Below, one piece after another: positions 1 through 8,694 of a DNA stretch of 35,623 nt (its first letter is position 1; the number at the start of each line of letters is the position of its first letter). This DNA is from Chloroflexota bacterium (lineage in GTDB: Bacteria > Chloroflexota > Anaerolineae > Anaerolineales > UBA4823): assembly GCA_017860725.1 (NCBI GenBank), contig JAGDMX010000001.1, forward strand, positions 1 to 35,623, in the 5' to 3' direction. The position numbers were made by a program, and so were the translations under genes. The notes beneath the pieces were generated by a model. It made no database searches, was not told the DNA's origin, and saw only the letters and a program-made list of their open reading frames with translations.

Positions 1-254
1 GCCGTGAGGCGGTAAATCCAGCGGTTGGCAAAGATCAGCGGCAGCAGCGCAGCGGCAAACAGGAATAATCCACCCCACAACCCGTGAGCGATGTGCAGTG
101 TGCCGTTGCCCAGTTGAGGGTAGCCGGTCAGCCTCAGAAACAGGCGGGTCAGGGTCACACTCAGGGCAAAGCTCAGCAGGGTCAGCAGCAGGTGATCTGC
201 GGCTCCCGGCCGGCGCACCAGGGAGAAAATCACCTCGCGCAGTCGGTTCATCAT
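1..254 (-). CDS. Hypothetical integral membrane protein, N-terminal part only (gene runs off the left edge)
   Basis: Reading the minus strand from ATGATG (254-249) gives MMNRLREVIFSLVRRPGAADHLLLTLLSFALSVTLTRLFLRLTGYPQLGNGTLHIAHGLWGGLFLFAAALLPLIFANRWIYRLT with no stop before position 1. It contains two hydrophobic helices. It is absent from the ORF track, presumably because it is truncated. The + strand ORFs 84..299 and 98..292 are low-complexity Q/G/S/A-rich and look like antisense artefacts. Confidence 0.5.
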   Translation of the reverse strand, partial: MMNRLREVIFSLVRRPGAADHLLLTLLSFALSVTLTRLFLRLTGYPQLGNGTLHIAHGLWGGLFLFAAALLPLIFANRWIYRLT

Positions 255-295
255 CGCTATATACGCTTGGCGACCACTTTGGTTGTATTTGATCC

Positions 296-3283
296 CTAAG
301 CTTCTGCTGCCGCTTCTAGCGCCTGCTCCAGGCTGAGTTGCCGCCCGCTGGCATAGTGAGTATGAAAAGCATCAATTCCCAGCCTGCCCTCAAGCGCTGC
401 CCGCAGTTTCTGGTATTCCAGCAGGTCCACAGGCCAGCGCCCGGCGCCCAGGGTCTCAAAGCTGGCGTCGGCGGCGCCCAGCAGGCGGGCAGCACGCACG
501 GGGTTGCCTTCGGCGGCTGCCAGGGCGGCAAAACCGTCCAGTGCTTCCGCCCGGCCGCGCCGGTTGTCAAACCGGCTGAATAGTTCCAGACTCTCATGTA
601 GTTTTGACCGCGCAGCCGGCAACCTGCCCTGTAGCACCGCCACATATCCCAGGTTAAAGCGCGTGCGGGCATAATCATTCAGCAAGCCCTGCTGGCGCGA
701 GATTTCACCGCTCTCCGTAAAATAATCGCTTGCCGCAGGGTAATCACCTATAGCCTGAGATACATTGCCCGCTTCGCGCAGCGCCCCGGATACCATCCAC
801 ATATCTTTCATCTGCCAGGCTAGTTCCAGCGATTCCTGATTGAGAGCCAGCGCACCGGAATAATCCCCGTCTGAAATCGCCACCAGTTCCAGGCTGTTCA
901 ATACCAGGGATATGACCAACCGGTCACCGGCTGTGCGGCTCCAGATCAGCGCCTGCTCCAGATGTGGCCGGGCAGCCTGGATCTGCCCTTGCTCGAGCCA
1001 GATGCGCCCCAAGCCATAATTGGAGACCGCCAGCCCATAGGTATACTGGATTTCCTCTGACAGTGCCAGCGCCGCTTCTGCTTCTTGTTGGGCGGCGGTG
1101 AAATTTCCCAGGCGCATATCAGCGACGCTGCGATAGTAAAGTACCAGGACCTGGGTGGCGCGTGCCGGAGCACCCATACTTTTGGCCAGGGTGAGCGCCT
1201 GGTCCAGGGTTTTCAGAGTGCTAACATATTCTCCATTCAGCCAGTAATACAGGCCCAGGCCCTCAAGCAACCGGGCCAGCTCCAATGGATGCTGCTGTGC
1301 CGCGGGCAGGCTGGCAGCCTGTTGCAAGTGCTGCATCCCCTCCTGGATGTGACCACGGCGGTACCAGAAGTAATACAGCGCCGCGCCCAGCCGCAGCACT
1401 GCCTGAGTTTCCCCACCCTGCCAGGCGGTTTCGAGCGCGGCGCGCAGGTTGTCGTGCTCCTGTTCCAGACGCTCCATCCAGAGGATATCCTGGCTGCTCC
1501 TCAGCACAAGCCCGGCCTCTTCCGCCAGCGTCAGGTAGGTATCCAGATGACGGCTACGCCAGTAAGCACTCCGGTCGGACTCATCCAGGACTTCAGCAGC
1601 GTATTGCCGAATAGTCTCCAGCAGCCGGTAGCGCGGCAAGCCCTCCGGCTCTTCGACCACCACCAGCGAGCGATCCACCAGGTGCGCCAGCAGGTCGAGC
1701 AGATCAAATTCGCCAATGCCCTCCCCGCTACAGGTCGCTTCGGCGGCTTCCAGCGTCCATCCGCCGGAGAACACCGCCAGGCGCTGAAACAGCTTGCGCT
1801 CTTCTTCTGTCAGCAGGTTGTAGCTCCAGTCGATCAGGGCGCGCAGCGTTTGTTGGCGTGGCAGGCTGGTACGGCTACCGCTCGTCAGCAGGCGGAAGCG
1901 GTCTTCAATCCGGTCGGCGATTTGCTCGACGGATAGAGCCCGCAGGCGGGCGGCTGCCAGCTCGATCGCCAGTGGGATGCCATCCAGCCGGGTGCAAATC
2001 TGCACGATCGCCGGGGCGATGGCATCGGTGACTGCGAAATCCGGGCGGGCGGCCGCGGCCCGCTCGGCAAACAGGCGTACAGCTTCCGATTGGGAGATCG
2101 CCTCGGCCGCTGGCGGCGCTTGCGGGTCGGGCAGGGAGAGAGTCGGTACCCGGTAGAGCACTTCCCCGGGGATAGCCAGCGGCTCCCGGCTGGTCGCCAG
2201 GATTTTGACCTCTGCCCCGGCCTGCAGGAGCGCCTGGGCTATTCGGGCGCAGGCTTCCACCAGGTGCTCGCAGTTATCCAGCACCAGCAGTAGCTTCTTG
2301 AGGCGCAGGTAATCGGCCAGCAGCTCGCCGAGCGGACGCCAGGGCACTTCGCGCAGACCCAGGGCAGCGGCAACCGCCCCAGGCACCCGCTCGGGATCGC
2401 TGAGTGGCGCCAGGTCGACGAACCAGGCGCCATCGGGGAACTCGTCAATCAGGTCGGCGGCGATCTGCAACGCCAGACGGGTCTTGCCAGTGCCGCCCGG
2501 TCCGCTCAGAGTCAGCAGGCGGGTGACAGGCGCCGCTCGCAGCAGAGTCCCCTTGATTTCAGCCATCTCGCCCTGCCGTCCAATGAAGCTGGTGAGCTGG
2601 GCGGGCAGATTGTGTGGGCGGGCGTCCAGGGTCTTCAGCGGCGGGAACTCAGCCGGCAGGTCGGGTGTGATAGTCTGGAAGATGTGCTCAGGGCGCACCA
2701 GGTCTTTCAAGCGAAGTGCGCCCAGGTCACGCAGCTCAACTCCTTCAGGCAGGCGCTCTTGCACCAGCTCGCTGGCGGGCAACGAGAGCAGCACCTGACC
2801 GCCGTGACCGGCGGACAGCAGGCGCGCCGCCCGGCTCAGGGTCAGCCCGGAGACGTACTCGCCGGAGGTGTATTCGCCGAGGCGCAGCTCAACCGCCCCA
2901 CTGTGCAGCGCCATGCGCACCCGGATCGGACCGGTCTCGCCCCAGGCTGCGTCACGCAGCCCGCGCTGGGCCGCCAGCGCCGCGTTCAATCCATCCGGGG
3001 CGGTGTGGAAGGCGGCGCAGAAGGCGTCCCCAATGATCTGAAAGACGTAGCCGCGGTGCTCTTCGATCGCCCGGCGCAAAATCTCGTGGTGGCGCTTCAG
3101 CGCCTCGGGCATGGCATTCGGGAACTGCTGCCAGAGCTGCGTGCTGCCCTGGATATCGGTGAACAGGAAGGTGACTGTGCCGGTGGGGAGGTTAGCGTTT
3201 GACATGGATAACAAGGGTGGATTCAAGCAATATAAGGATGTAGGTTGATTATCGTCCCCAACGTATTGATCCAGAAAGGGCAT
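296..3283 (-). CDS. Multidomain signalling protein: class III adenylate/guanylate cyclase domain, NB-ARC/AAA (STAND) ATPase and TPR repeats
   Basis: The N-terminus has cyclase motifs: GTVTFLFTDIQGST, FQIIGDAF and GLTLSRAARLLSAGHGGQVLLS. A Walker A motif follows (LSGPGGTGKTRLALQIA), with Walker B-like LLLVLDNCEH. The C-terminal roughly 450 aa are helical TPR-like repeats. No LuxR HTH is visible at the C-terminus. An alternative start is MSNANL at 3205. Confidence 0.9.
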   Translation of the reverse strand: MPFLDQYVGDDNQPTSLYCLNPPLLSMSNANLPTGTVTFLFTDIQGSTQLWQQFPNAMPEALKRHHEILRRAIEEHRGYVFQIIGDAFCAAFHTAPDGLNAALAAQRGLRDAAWGETGPIRVRMALHSGAVELRLGEYTSGEYVSGLTLSRAARLLSAGHGGQVLLSLPASELVQERLPEGVELRDLGALRLKDLVRPEHIFQTITPDLPAEFPPLKTLDARPHNLPAQLTSFIGRQGEMAEIKGTLLRAAPVTRLLTLSGPGGTGKTRLALQIAADLIDEFPDGAWFVDLAPLSDPERVPGAVAAALGLREVPWRPLGELLADYLRLKKLLLVLDNCEHLVEACARIAQALLQAGAEVKILATSREPLAIPGEVLYRVPTLSLPDPQAPPAAEAISQSEAVRLFAERAAAARPDFAVTDAIAPAIVQICTRLDGIPLAIELAAARLRALSVEQIADRIEDRFRLLTSGSRTSLPRQQTLRALIDWSYNLLTEEERKLFQRLAVFSGGWTLEAAEATCSGEGIGEFDLLDLLAHLVDRSLVVVEEPEGLPRYRLLETIRQYAAEVLDESDRSAYWRSRHLDTYLTLAEEAGLVLRSSQDILWMERLEQEHDNLRAALETAWQGGETQAVLRLGAALYYFWYRRGHIQEGMQHLQQAASLPAAQQHPLELARLLEGLGLYYWLNGEYVSTLKTLDQALTLAKSMGAPARATQVLVLYYRSVADMRLGNFTAAQQEAEAALALSEEIQYTYGLAVSNYGLGRIWLEQGQIQAARPHLEQALIWSRTAGDRLVISLVLNSLELVAISDGDYSGALALNQESLELAWQMKDMWMVSGALREAGNVSQAIGDYPAASDYFTESGEISRQQGLLNDYARTRFNLGYVAVLQGRLPAARSKLHESLELFSRFDNRRGRAEALDGFAALAAAEGNPVRAARLLGAADASFETLGAGRWPVDLLEYQKLRAALEGRLGIDAFHTHYASGRQLSLEQALEAAAEA

Positions 3284-3486
3284 ATCAGCCCGTTCCTATG
3301 GAATTTGCCCTATTATAGCATTCCTGGCGGGTTGCTATTCTTGCAGTCCAGGGTCTCATCCTCCGTTCGGAACCATAATGATCCTATCCCCCTCAACCAG
3401 AGTCGAGCATGTAACCCGCATGATACAATGACGCTAAAAACGGGCCCGGAAGAACACTACTTTTTGAATGAAGGCAGAGATTATTA

Positions 3487-3986
3487 ATGCATGAAGGTAC
3501 ACTGCTGGTCAATATTGCTGTGGCCTTGGTGGCCGCATTCTTAGGCGGGGTGTTTGCTCGGCGTATTGGGCTGCCTTCGATGTTTTGGAAGGGGGCCTTG
3601 AAATGGTGCGCCATACCCTCCTGCAATTAGGCTTCCCCCTGCAAGAGATTTACCGTTATACGGATGCGGTGCGCCAGGACCACTACGATCTCCAGATCGA
3701 CACCGAAGAAGAACATCGCCTGTTGCACAACTTGACCGATGCCATGAACAGCATCGAAATCACCTGGCTGGTAATACCACCGGACAGCCCACTGGTCGGG
3801 CAATCCCTTGCTGAAGTGAACCTGCGCGCTCGCACCGGCGCTTCCGTGGTCGCAATTTTGCGTGCCAGTCAGCTAATCGCCAATCCAAAGTCAATGACCG
3901 TATTTGAAGAGGGCGACCGCATTGGCTTGATTGGCGATCGCGAGCAGATTCAAGTTGCTGAGCAGTTGTTGACATTTTCCAATTGA
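3487..3986 (+). pseudogene. Internal-deletion remnant of a Kef-type cation:proton antiporter (N-terminal 31 codons joined out of frame to the C-terminal RCK_C/TrkA-C domain)
   Basis: ATG at 3487 encodes MHEGTLLVNIAVALVAAFLGGVFARRIGLPS, a typical first TM helix of the CPA2/Kef family. It then departs from the expected IVGYLLAG continuation and stops at 3628-3630. A different frame (TTG 3585 or ATG 3603 to 3986) encodes LEMVRHTLLQLGFPLQEIYRYTDAVRQDHYD followed by a TrkA-C-like domain (VIPPDSPLVGQSLAEVNLRARTGASVVAILR...GDRIGLIGDREQI). The roughly 500 aa of transmembrane and TrkA-N sequence expected between the two parts is missing. Confidence 0.6.
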
Positions 3987-4026
3987 TGGATCCATAACTA
4001 ATTCTGAAGCTCGACTCTCATGAAAA

Positions 4027-4065
4027 GCCCCGCCTAATGGGATCCTGCCATCCCCGAGGCGGGGC
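4027..4065 (-). terminator. Putative rho-independent terminator downstream of the esterase gene
   Basis: The arms GCCCCGCCT (4027-4035) and AGGCGGGGC (4057-4065) form a 9-bp GC-rich stem, with an inner GGGAT/ATCCC pairing. Read on the minus strand the hairpin is followed by TTTTCA. It lies between convergent genes. Confidence 0.45.
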
Positions 4066-4088
4066 GCCATATTCGTTGGGCAGGTTGA

Positions 4089-5060
4089 TCACCCCCACAG
4101 CTCCTCTAAAAACTTCATCTTCTCCAGGTTTTGGAAGCTCTCACCGCCTTCGTGCTGGTTGTACGGCCACACCTGCATCCGCTTCTGCCCGGCATAGTGG
4201 TTGTAGGCCGCGAAGACCGTCGATGGCGGGCAGGTCTCGTCCATCAGCGCCGTCGAAAACAGTGCCGGGCACTGAGCGCGCCTGGCGAAATTCATCCCGT
4301 CGAAATAGCTCAGCGTGGCGAAGACCGTCTCGATTTGATCGCGATGCACCTTGCAGTAGCTGGCGATCTCGTGGTAGGGGTAGCTGTCGACGATCTCGGT
4401 GGCGCGCCGTATGTGGCACAGGAAAGGCACGTCCGCCATCAGCGCCGCCAGGTTGGGGATCAAGCCGGCGACTGCCAGGGCGATGCCGCCACCCTGGCTG
4501 CCGCCCGTGACCGCCACACGTTTGGCGTCTACCGCCGGGTGGCTGCGCGCCGCTTCCACTGCCCGTACTGCGTCGGTGTATACCCGTCGGTAGTAGTAGG
4601 TTTGCGGGGAAAGGATGCCGCGCGTCATGAAGCCCGGGTAGTGCGGGTTGGCGCCCTCCGGCTCGGGGTCGGGCGTGTCGCCCTTGCGCCAGGTGGAGCC
4701 CTGGCCGCGCGTGTCCATCACCAGGTGAGCATAACCGGCGCTGCTCCACAGCAGCCAGTCGATCGGTAGGCCGCGCCCCCCGCCGTAGCCGATATACTCC
4801 ACCACACAGGGTAACCGCCCGCTTCTCTGGCGCGGCAGCAGCAACCAACCTTTGATTGGCTGCCCGCCGTAGCCGTTGAAAGTGAGGTCGTAGACCTCCA
4901 CCAGGCGCAGCCCGGCGTTTACCCTTTCGAAGCGCGCTTTTAGTGCATGACGCCGTGCTTGCCTCAGCGTCTCTGCCCAGAAAGCGTCAAAGTCCGGCGG
5001 CTCGTCCCGCTCAGGTCGGTAGGTTTGCAGTTGCTTGAGGGGTAAATCGAAGAGCGGCAT
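4089..5060 (-). CDS. Acetyl xylan esterase / cephalosporin-C deacetylase (carbohydrate esterase family 7)
   Basis: [28 protein letters not shown] resembles the B. subtilis Cah N-terminus. Other shared features are the nucleophile motif [21 protein letters not shown]...[13 protein letters not shown] and [11 protein letters not shown]...[11 protein letters not shown]. The start was placed at 5060 because GGGAGGG lies 6 nt upstream. The ORF-track start at 5075 adds MGGTA. Confidence 0.9.
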   Translation of the reverse strand: MPLFDLPLKQLQTYRPERDEPPDFDAFWAETLRQARRHALKARFERVNAGLRLVEVYDLTFNGYGGQPIKGWLLLPRQRSGRLPCVVEYIGYGGGRGLPIDWLLWSSAGYAHLVMDTRGQGSTWRKGDTPDPEPEGANPHYPGFMTRGILSPQTYYYRRVYTDAVRAVEAARSHPAVDAKRVAVTGGSQGGGIALAVAGLIPNLAALMADVPFLCHIRRATEIVDSYPYHEIASYCKVHRDQIETVFATLSYFDGMNFARRAQCPALFSTALMDETCPPSTVFAAYNHYAGQKRMQVWPYNQHEGGESFQNLEKMKFLEELWG

Positions 5061-5085
5061 GGCTGTCCCTCCCATCTTACTTTGA

Positions 5086-5130
5086 AATTAGCGCTTTCTG
5101 CTCGTGTGTCTGGAGCCGAAAGCGCTAATT
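5086..5130. other. Perfect 13-bp inverted repeat (AATTAGCGCTTTC / GAAAGCGCTAATT) with a 19-nt spacer
   Basis: The arms are at 5086-5098 and 5118-5130. The repeat sits between the DUF1269 stop (5166) and the esterase start (5060). It could be a weak terminator for the upstream gene (only AATTTC follows on the minus strand) or an operator for the esterase. Confidence 0.3.
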
Positions 5131-5165
5131 CGGTTTGTGAGCGGTTTACTCAGAAACCGATTATC

Positions 5166-5654
5166 CTAAAACTTGCCTTCCATCGCCTTGCGCAGGTTCT
5201 TTTCATCCTCGTCCGATAGTGAGGTGTGGAAAATCTTACCCTTGAACTGGCTCAGCACAGAGATCGCCGGGCCGGGATCGGCAGCGCGCACGATCAGGAA
5301 TAGAGCCGACGAGTTGGGCGCTAAAGCGGCCTCGACTTCTTTGACGAACTTTTTATCGACACCCAGTTTTGCCAGTGCACCGATTCCCCCACCCACCAGT
5401 GCCCCGACCAAAATTCCGGCGATCGGGAAGAGCAACCCGCCGATCAACAGCCCCAGCAGGCTGCCGCCGACGGCGCCGGTCTTTACGCCGCGGTCCATCT
5501 CGTTGTGCACGTGGATTTTGCCCTCGGCGTCCTTGACCACCACCGCCGAATCATCCAGGCTGAGCTGGCTTTCCTTCTGCATGGCACCAATTTCTTCGCG
5601 CACCTGGCCGGCGCGCGCCGGGTCATCGAATGTGACTACGATCCAATATGACAT
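5166..5654 (-). CDS. DUF1269-family membrane protein
   Basis: MSYWIVVTFDDPARAGQV...LDDSAVVVKDAEGKIHVH is followed by a glycine-zipper TM segment (GAVGGSLLGLLIGGLLFPIAGILVGALVGGGIGAL) and then FVKEVEAALAPNSSALFLIV. This is the typical DUF1269 layout. Confidence 0.85.
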   Translation of the reverse strand: MSYWIVVTFDDPARAGQVREEIGAMQKESQLSLDDSAVVVKDAEGKIHVHNEMDRGVKTGAVGGSLLGLLIGGLLFPIAGILVGALVGGGIGALAKLGVDKKFVKEVEAALAPNSSALFLIVRAADPGPAISVLSQFKGKIFHTSLSDEDEKNLRKAMEGKF

Positions 5655-5746
5655 GTGTTTCTCCTTTCGTTTGGTTGGTTGTATGTAGAATAGAATTTGG
5701 ATTGGTTAAATTTTACCAGTATTTGCCCGCTCTGCCGTTGAAACCT

Positions 5747-5775
5747 TTGACGCTGGCTCCTTTACCGCTTATACT
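5747..5775 (+). promoter_or_regulatory. Sigma-70-like promoter for the DinB/ClbS-like gene
   Basis: TTGACG (5747-5752), a 17-nt spacer, then TATACT (5770-5775). An AGAGG Shine-Dalgarno sequence lies before the ATG at 5793. Confidence 0.5.
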
Positions 5776-5792
5776 CAAGAAAGAGGCGTAAA

Positions 5793-6254
5793 ATGACCAA
5801 ATCCGAACTGCTCGCCAATATCCGCCAGGCCCGCGCCGATTGGGAGGCCGCCCTGGCCCAATTGGACGACCCTCAGATTCTCCATCCGGGGACCGGCGGC
5901 TGGTCGCTCAAAGATGTCATCGCTCATATCACCTGGCACGAGCGCGAGATGATCGGCGTGGCCCAGGCACATGCTCTGGTCGGCTCTGAGATGTGGGGCT
6001 GGCCCCTGGATGAGCGCAACCACGCGATTTACCTGTCCAACAAGGATCGCTCGCTGGTGGATGTGCGTCAGGAAGCTGGCCATGTGTATCCGCAGTTGCT
6101 CCAGGTCCTGGATACGCTCAGTGATGATGAGTTAAGCGATCCTGCCCGTTTTCCCGGTATGCCGCAGGACTGGCAGCCCTGGAAGCTGATCGCCGAGAAC
6201 ACCTACGAGCACTACCTGGATCATTTAGCCGACCTGCAGGCCGGGCGCATGTGA
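5793..6254 (+). CDS. DinB / ClbS-DfsB-like four-helix-bundle protein
   Basis: The N-terminus SELLANIRQARADWEAALAQLDD...GGWSLKDVIAHITWHEREM and the C-terminal ENTYEHYLDHLADL match the general pattern of DinB_2/ClbS-like proteins. Confidence 0.7.
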   Translation: MTKSELLANIRQARADWEAALAQLDDPQILHPGTGGWSLKDVIAHITWHEREMIGVAQAHALVGSEMWGWPLDERNHAIYLSNKDRSLVDVRQEAGHVYPQLLQVLDTLSDDELSDPARFPGMPQDWQPWKLIAENTYEHYLDHLADLQAGRM

Positions 6255-6316
6255 CCGTTGGCAGGTCGCTAGTCGAATTGAGCTATCGTTTAATTACGTA
6301 GATTGGGATAGGAGTT

Positions 6317-6730
6317 ATGTCAACAGTATACCTGCACAAAGCCGGGCGACCGGATGACGAGCTGGGCCAGGTCAAGATGAACGGCAAGGTTTACCGTTCA
6401 AAATTCGGTCCCGATCAGCAGGTCGGGCATGTCGACTCAGTAAGCGGCAAGATTTTCCAGCGGCGCCTCGGTCCGGATGAGTATATCGGCCGCGTGGATT
6501 TGCACAATGGCAAAGTCTATCGCCATGTACCACTTGGCACGGATGAATACCTGGGTGAGGTGCATGCCGATGGCAGGATGTACCGCCATGAATCCCTGGC
6601 GGCGGACGATTATATGGGCCGCATGCCCGATTTCATCTCTTATGCTCACTCCGGTGCGGCATTTCTGCTGCTGGTCTTGCCGGCATTCGAGGCTCTTGAT
6701 GCGGTTGCGGGCGATCAGGTGACAGGGTAA
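6317..6730 (+). CDS. Hypothetical protein with five tandem ~21-aa repeats and a hydrophobic C-terminal segment
   Basis: The repeats are VYLHKAGRPDDELGQVKMNGK, VYRSKFGPDQQVGHVDSVSGK, IFQRRLGPDEYIGRVDLHNGK, VYRHVPLGTDEYLGEVHADGR and MYRHESLAADDYMGRMPDF. They are followed by AAFLLLVLPAF. Confidence 0.6.
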   Translation: MSTVYLHKAGRPDDELGQVKMNGKVYRSKFGPDQQVGHVDSVSGKIFQRRLGPDEYIGRVDLHNGKVYRHVPLGTDEYLGEVHADGRMYRHESLAADDYMGRMPDFISYAHSGAAFLLLVLPAFEALDAVAGDQVTG

Positions 6731-6813
6731 AGCTACGTCTTTAAGTTCGTGCAAGCCTGTCGGATGACTGGCCTGCCGGTATTCTAGGTATCACACTCGT
6801 GGAGGATTATAGT

Positions 6814-6957
6814 ATGGAGCTGTTCCTGCTTGTAATATTGGCTGCTGTGATCGGTTATTTCTTCGGAAGAACTCGTTCCAGAAAAGCGCAGGCCAGCGCT
6901 TCGAAGATGGTTATCGACACCGAGGCCAAAGACTCGCCTCCGCCAGCCCAAAGCTAG
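6814..6957 (+). CDS. Possible 47-aa single-pass membrane protein
   Basis: GGAGG (6801-6805) lies 8 nt upstream of the ATG at 6814. The product is MELFLLVILAAVIGYFFGRTRSRKAQASASKMVIDTEAKDSPPPAQS. It is below the ORF-track size cutoff. The only support is the strong SD and the TM-plus-positive-inside pattern. Confidence 0.4.
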   Translation: MELFLLVILAAVIGYFFGRTRSRKAQASASKMVIDTEAKDSPPPAQS

Positions 6958-8186
6958 CCAGACGATTTCTTATCCATAGCCAGCAGTAAATCTCGCAAAG
7001 CCTGCGCAACCTCGGCCAGCCTGGATGGGTCGACCAGCTCGGGTACGTCCTTGTCTGTGTGAGCAATCGCCTCGAGTATGTGAAACAATGCCTCGGAGGT
7101 GATCGCCAGGGCCGGCACCTGATTCTGGATGAATGCTGAGTGATCGCCCTGGTACCAGGGCTCGCCCCGCGCGACGCCTGAGTAAGGAGCGAATGCAGTG
7201 TGTATCAGGTTAGCCAGTTCATCCGGGCAGCCATAGAGAGAATAGCCGGTGTCGCCTCGGATGTACCCGACTCCATCCAGGTTGATGTTCAGCAGGATAT
7301 CACCCAGGATCCCCTGGTTACTCTGAAAATAATGCACCTCTCCGGCGGCGGAGTAGTGGTCCTCGCCGTTGAAGGCCACCAGCTCGATCCCATGCTGCAG
7401 GTTCTCATTTGCCAGTAACTCCGCCAGCAGGAGCAGTACCACCACGCCCGCCGCGTTATCCAGCGCTCCGGGTGTGCCTTCCTTGGCATCGATATGCGCT
7501 GTCAGCACGACTCTGGGGGTTGTCGCATGCCCGGTGCGGGCGATCACATTGCAGCCCTTGGCAGGGATGCGCCGGGCGTCAATCTCCAGCGAGACTGGCC
7601 TGCCGGTATAAGCAACCAGCCGCTTTCCCTGCTCTTCGGTCATGTAGATTGAGGGGATATCGAAATCACCGTCCTCGATCAGCGGGAAAGGGTAAACCGC
7701 CCCGGCCAGCTCGGGGTTACGCGTTGTGGCGGCGATGATCGCCTGGGGTGCATTGCTTTCCAGCAGGCGGATGATTTTCTGGTGGTGCTCCGGATTGTAG
7801 AAGCTGAAGTTCTTCGGCATCAATTGCTCGCTGGCAATCTGGCCGCGCAGCAGCAAAATCTGGCCGGCAGCCTGTACCGCCTCCAATTCTTCCATTGTGG
7901 ACGCGACCCCCAGCACAGCCTTCGCCTGGCAGCCCAAGGAATACGGGCTGATTTGTGCTTCAAATCGCTCGTGATCTGCCAGCAGCCGTGCCTCACCATG
8001 CTCCCAGTCCAGGCAGTCAAACTCCGGGCAGGTAGTTTGGAGGCCAAGGCCGGTAAAAATTTCGGCCAGGTAAGCCGTTGCCATCCGGTTGCCGGCGCTC
8101 CCCGTGCGCCGCCCAGGGATTTCGAGGCATAATTTTTGTAGATATTTTTCCGCCTGCTTGGCTAAGTAGTCGTGGACTGCGCTCAT
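6954..8186 (-). CDS. M28-family zinc aminopeptidase
   Basis: VLTAHIDAKEGTPGALDNAAGVVVLLLLAELL carries the H.D...PGA.DN.(S/A)G metal-ligand pattern. It is followed by VAFNGEDHYSAAG and INLDGVG. Confidence 0.85.
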   Translation of the reverse strand: MSAVHDYLAKQAEKYLQKLCLEIPGRRTGSAGNRMATAYLAEIFTGLGLQTTCPEFDCLDWEHGEARLLADHERFEAQISPYSLGCQAKAVLGVASTMEELEAVQAAGQILLLRGQIASEQLMPKNFSFYNPEHHQKIIRLLESNAPQAIIAATTRNPELAGAVYPFPLIEDGDFDIPSIYMTEEQGKRLVAYTGRPVSLEIDARRIPAKGCNVIARTGHATTPRVVLTAHIDAKEGTPGALDNAAGVVVLLLLAELLANENLQHGIELVAFNGEDHYSAAGEVHYFQSNQGILGDILLNINLDGVGYIRGDTGYSLYGCPDELANLIHTAFAPYSGVARGEPWYQGDHSAFIQNQVPALAITSEALFHILEAIAHTDKDVPELVDPSRLAEVAQALRDLLLAMDKKSSG

Positions 8187-8297
8187 TGTTGCTCCATTTC
8201 TATATCCAGCGCAAACTACCCGGTAGATTGGTACTACCAGGCAGGTGTTGTGCGTAGATTAGCCCGTTTCTATTGTAAGGTTGTCACCGAATGATCG

Positions 8298-8645
8298 CTA
8301 GGACCATCCGCGGTCGCCGCTGCCCTGTTTTTGGCTGCGACCACCGCCGCCACGATAACCCCGCCGTCGATCGTCTCCCCCGCTTCCCCCTCGCTCTTCA
8401 CGCGGTCTGGCTATGTTGACTTTCAGTGCTCGACCATCCAATTCCTTGCCGTTGAACAGTCCGATGGCTTTTTGCGCTTCCTCTTCGGTCTCCATTTCCA
8501 CAAATGCGAACCCTTTCGAGCGCCCCGTCTCTCGATCCTTGATGATCTGGACCGATTTGACGGTTCCGGCTTGTTCGAACAGAGTCTGTAAAGAGGACTC
8601 ATTCGAGCTGTACGACAAGTTTCCTACGTAAAGTTTGTTCTCCAT
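8298..8645 (-). CDS. RRM-type RNA-binding protein with a Gly/Arg-rich tail
   Basis: MENKLYVGNLSY contains RNP2 and KGFAFVEM contains RNP1. The C-terminal tail is RGGSGGDDRRRGYRGGGGRS. The start was placed at 8645 because AGGAGAA lies 3 nt upstream. The ORF-track start at 8666 adds 7 residues. Confidence 0.9.
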   Translation of the reverse strand: MENKLYVGNLSYSSNESSLQTLFEQAGTVKSVQIIKDRETGRSKGFAFVEMETEEEAQKAIGLFNGKELDGRALKVNIARPREERGGSGGDDRRRGYRGGGGRSQKQGSGDRGWS

Positions 8646-8694
8646 CTGTTCTCCTGAAATAGGCAATCTCTGCCAGTCCGCCGTGCTTCTAACT

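Noticed and set aside
84-299. The + strand ORFs 84..299 and 98..292 lie at the left edge.
   Set aside because: They are Q/G/S/A-rich low-complexity translations. The minus strand of the same region reads as a plausible membrane-protein N-terminus starting at 254.
1085-1936. A 283-aa + strand ORF lies antisense to the cyclase/STAND gene. Other long antisense ORFs in the same gene are 1285..1614, 2612..3202 and 2716..3036.
   Set aside because: The region is about 65% or more G+C, which suppresses stop codons on the opposite strand. The translations are low-complexity R/A/G/P/Q-rich with no motifs, while the minus-strand frame has clear cyclase, Walker A and TPR motifs.
4131-4848. Two long ORFs overlap the esterase gene: 4131..4769 on the + strand and 4141..4848 on the - strand in another frame.
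   Set aside because: This is the same GC-driven artefact. The CE7 frame explains the region completely (GGSQGG nucleophile, conserved termini). The alternatives are Arg/Gly/Pro-rich nonsense.
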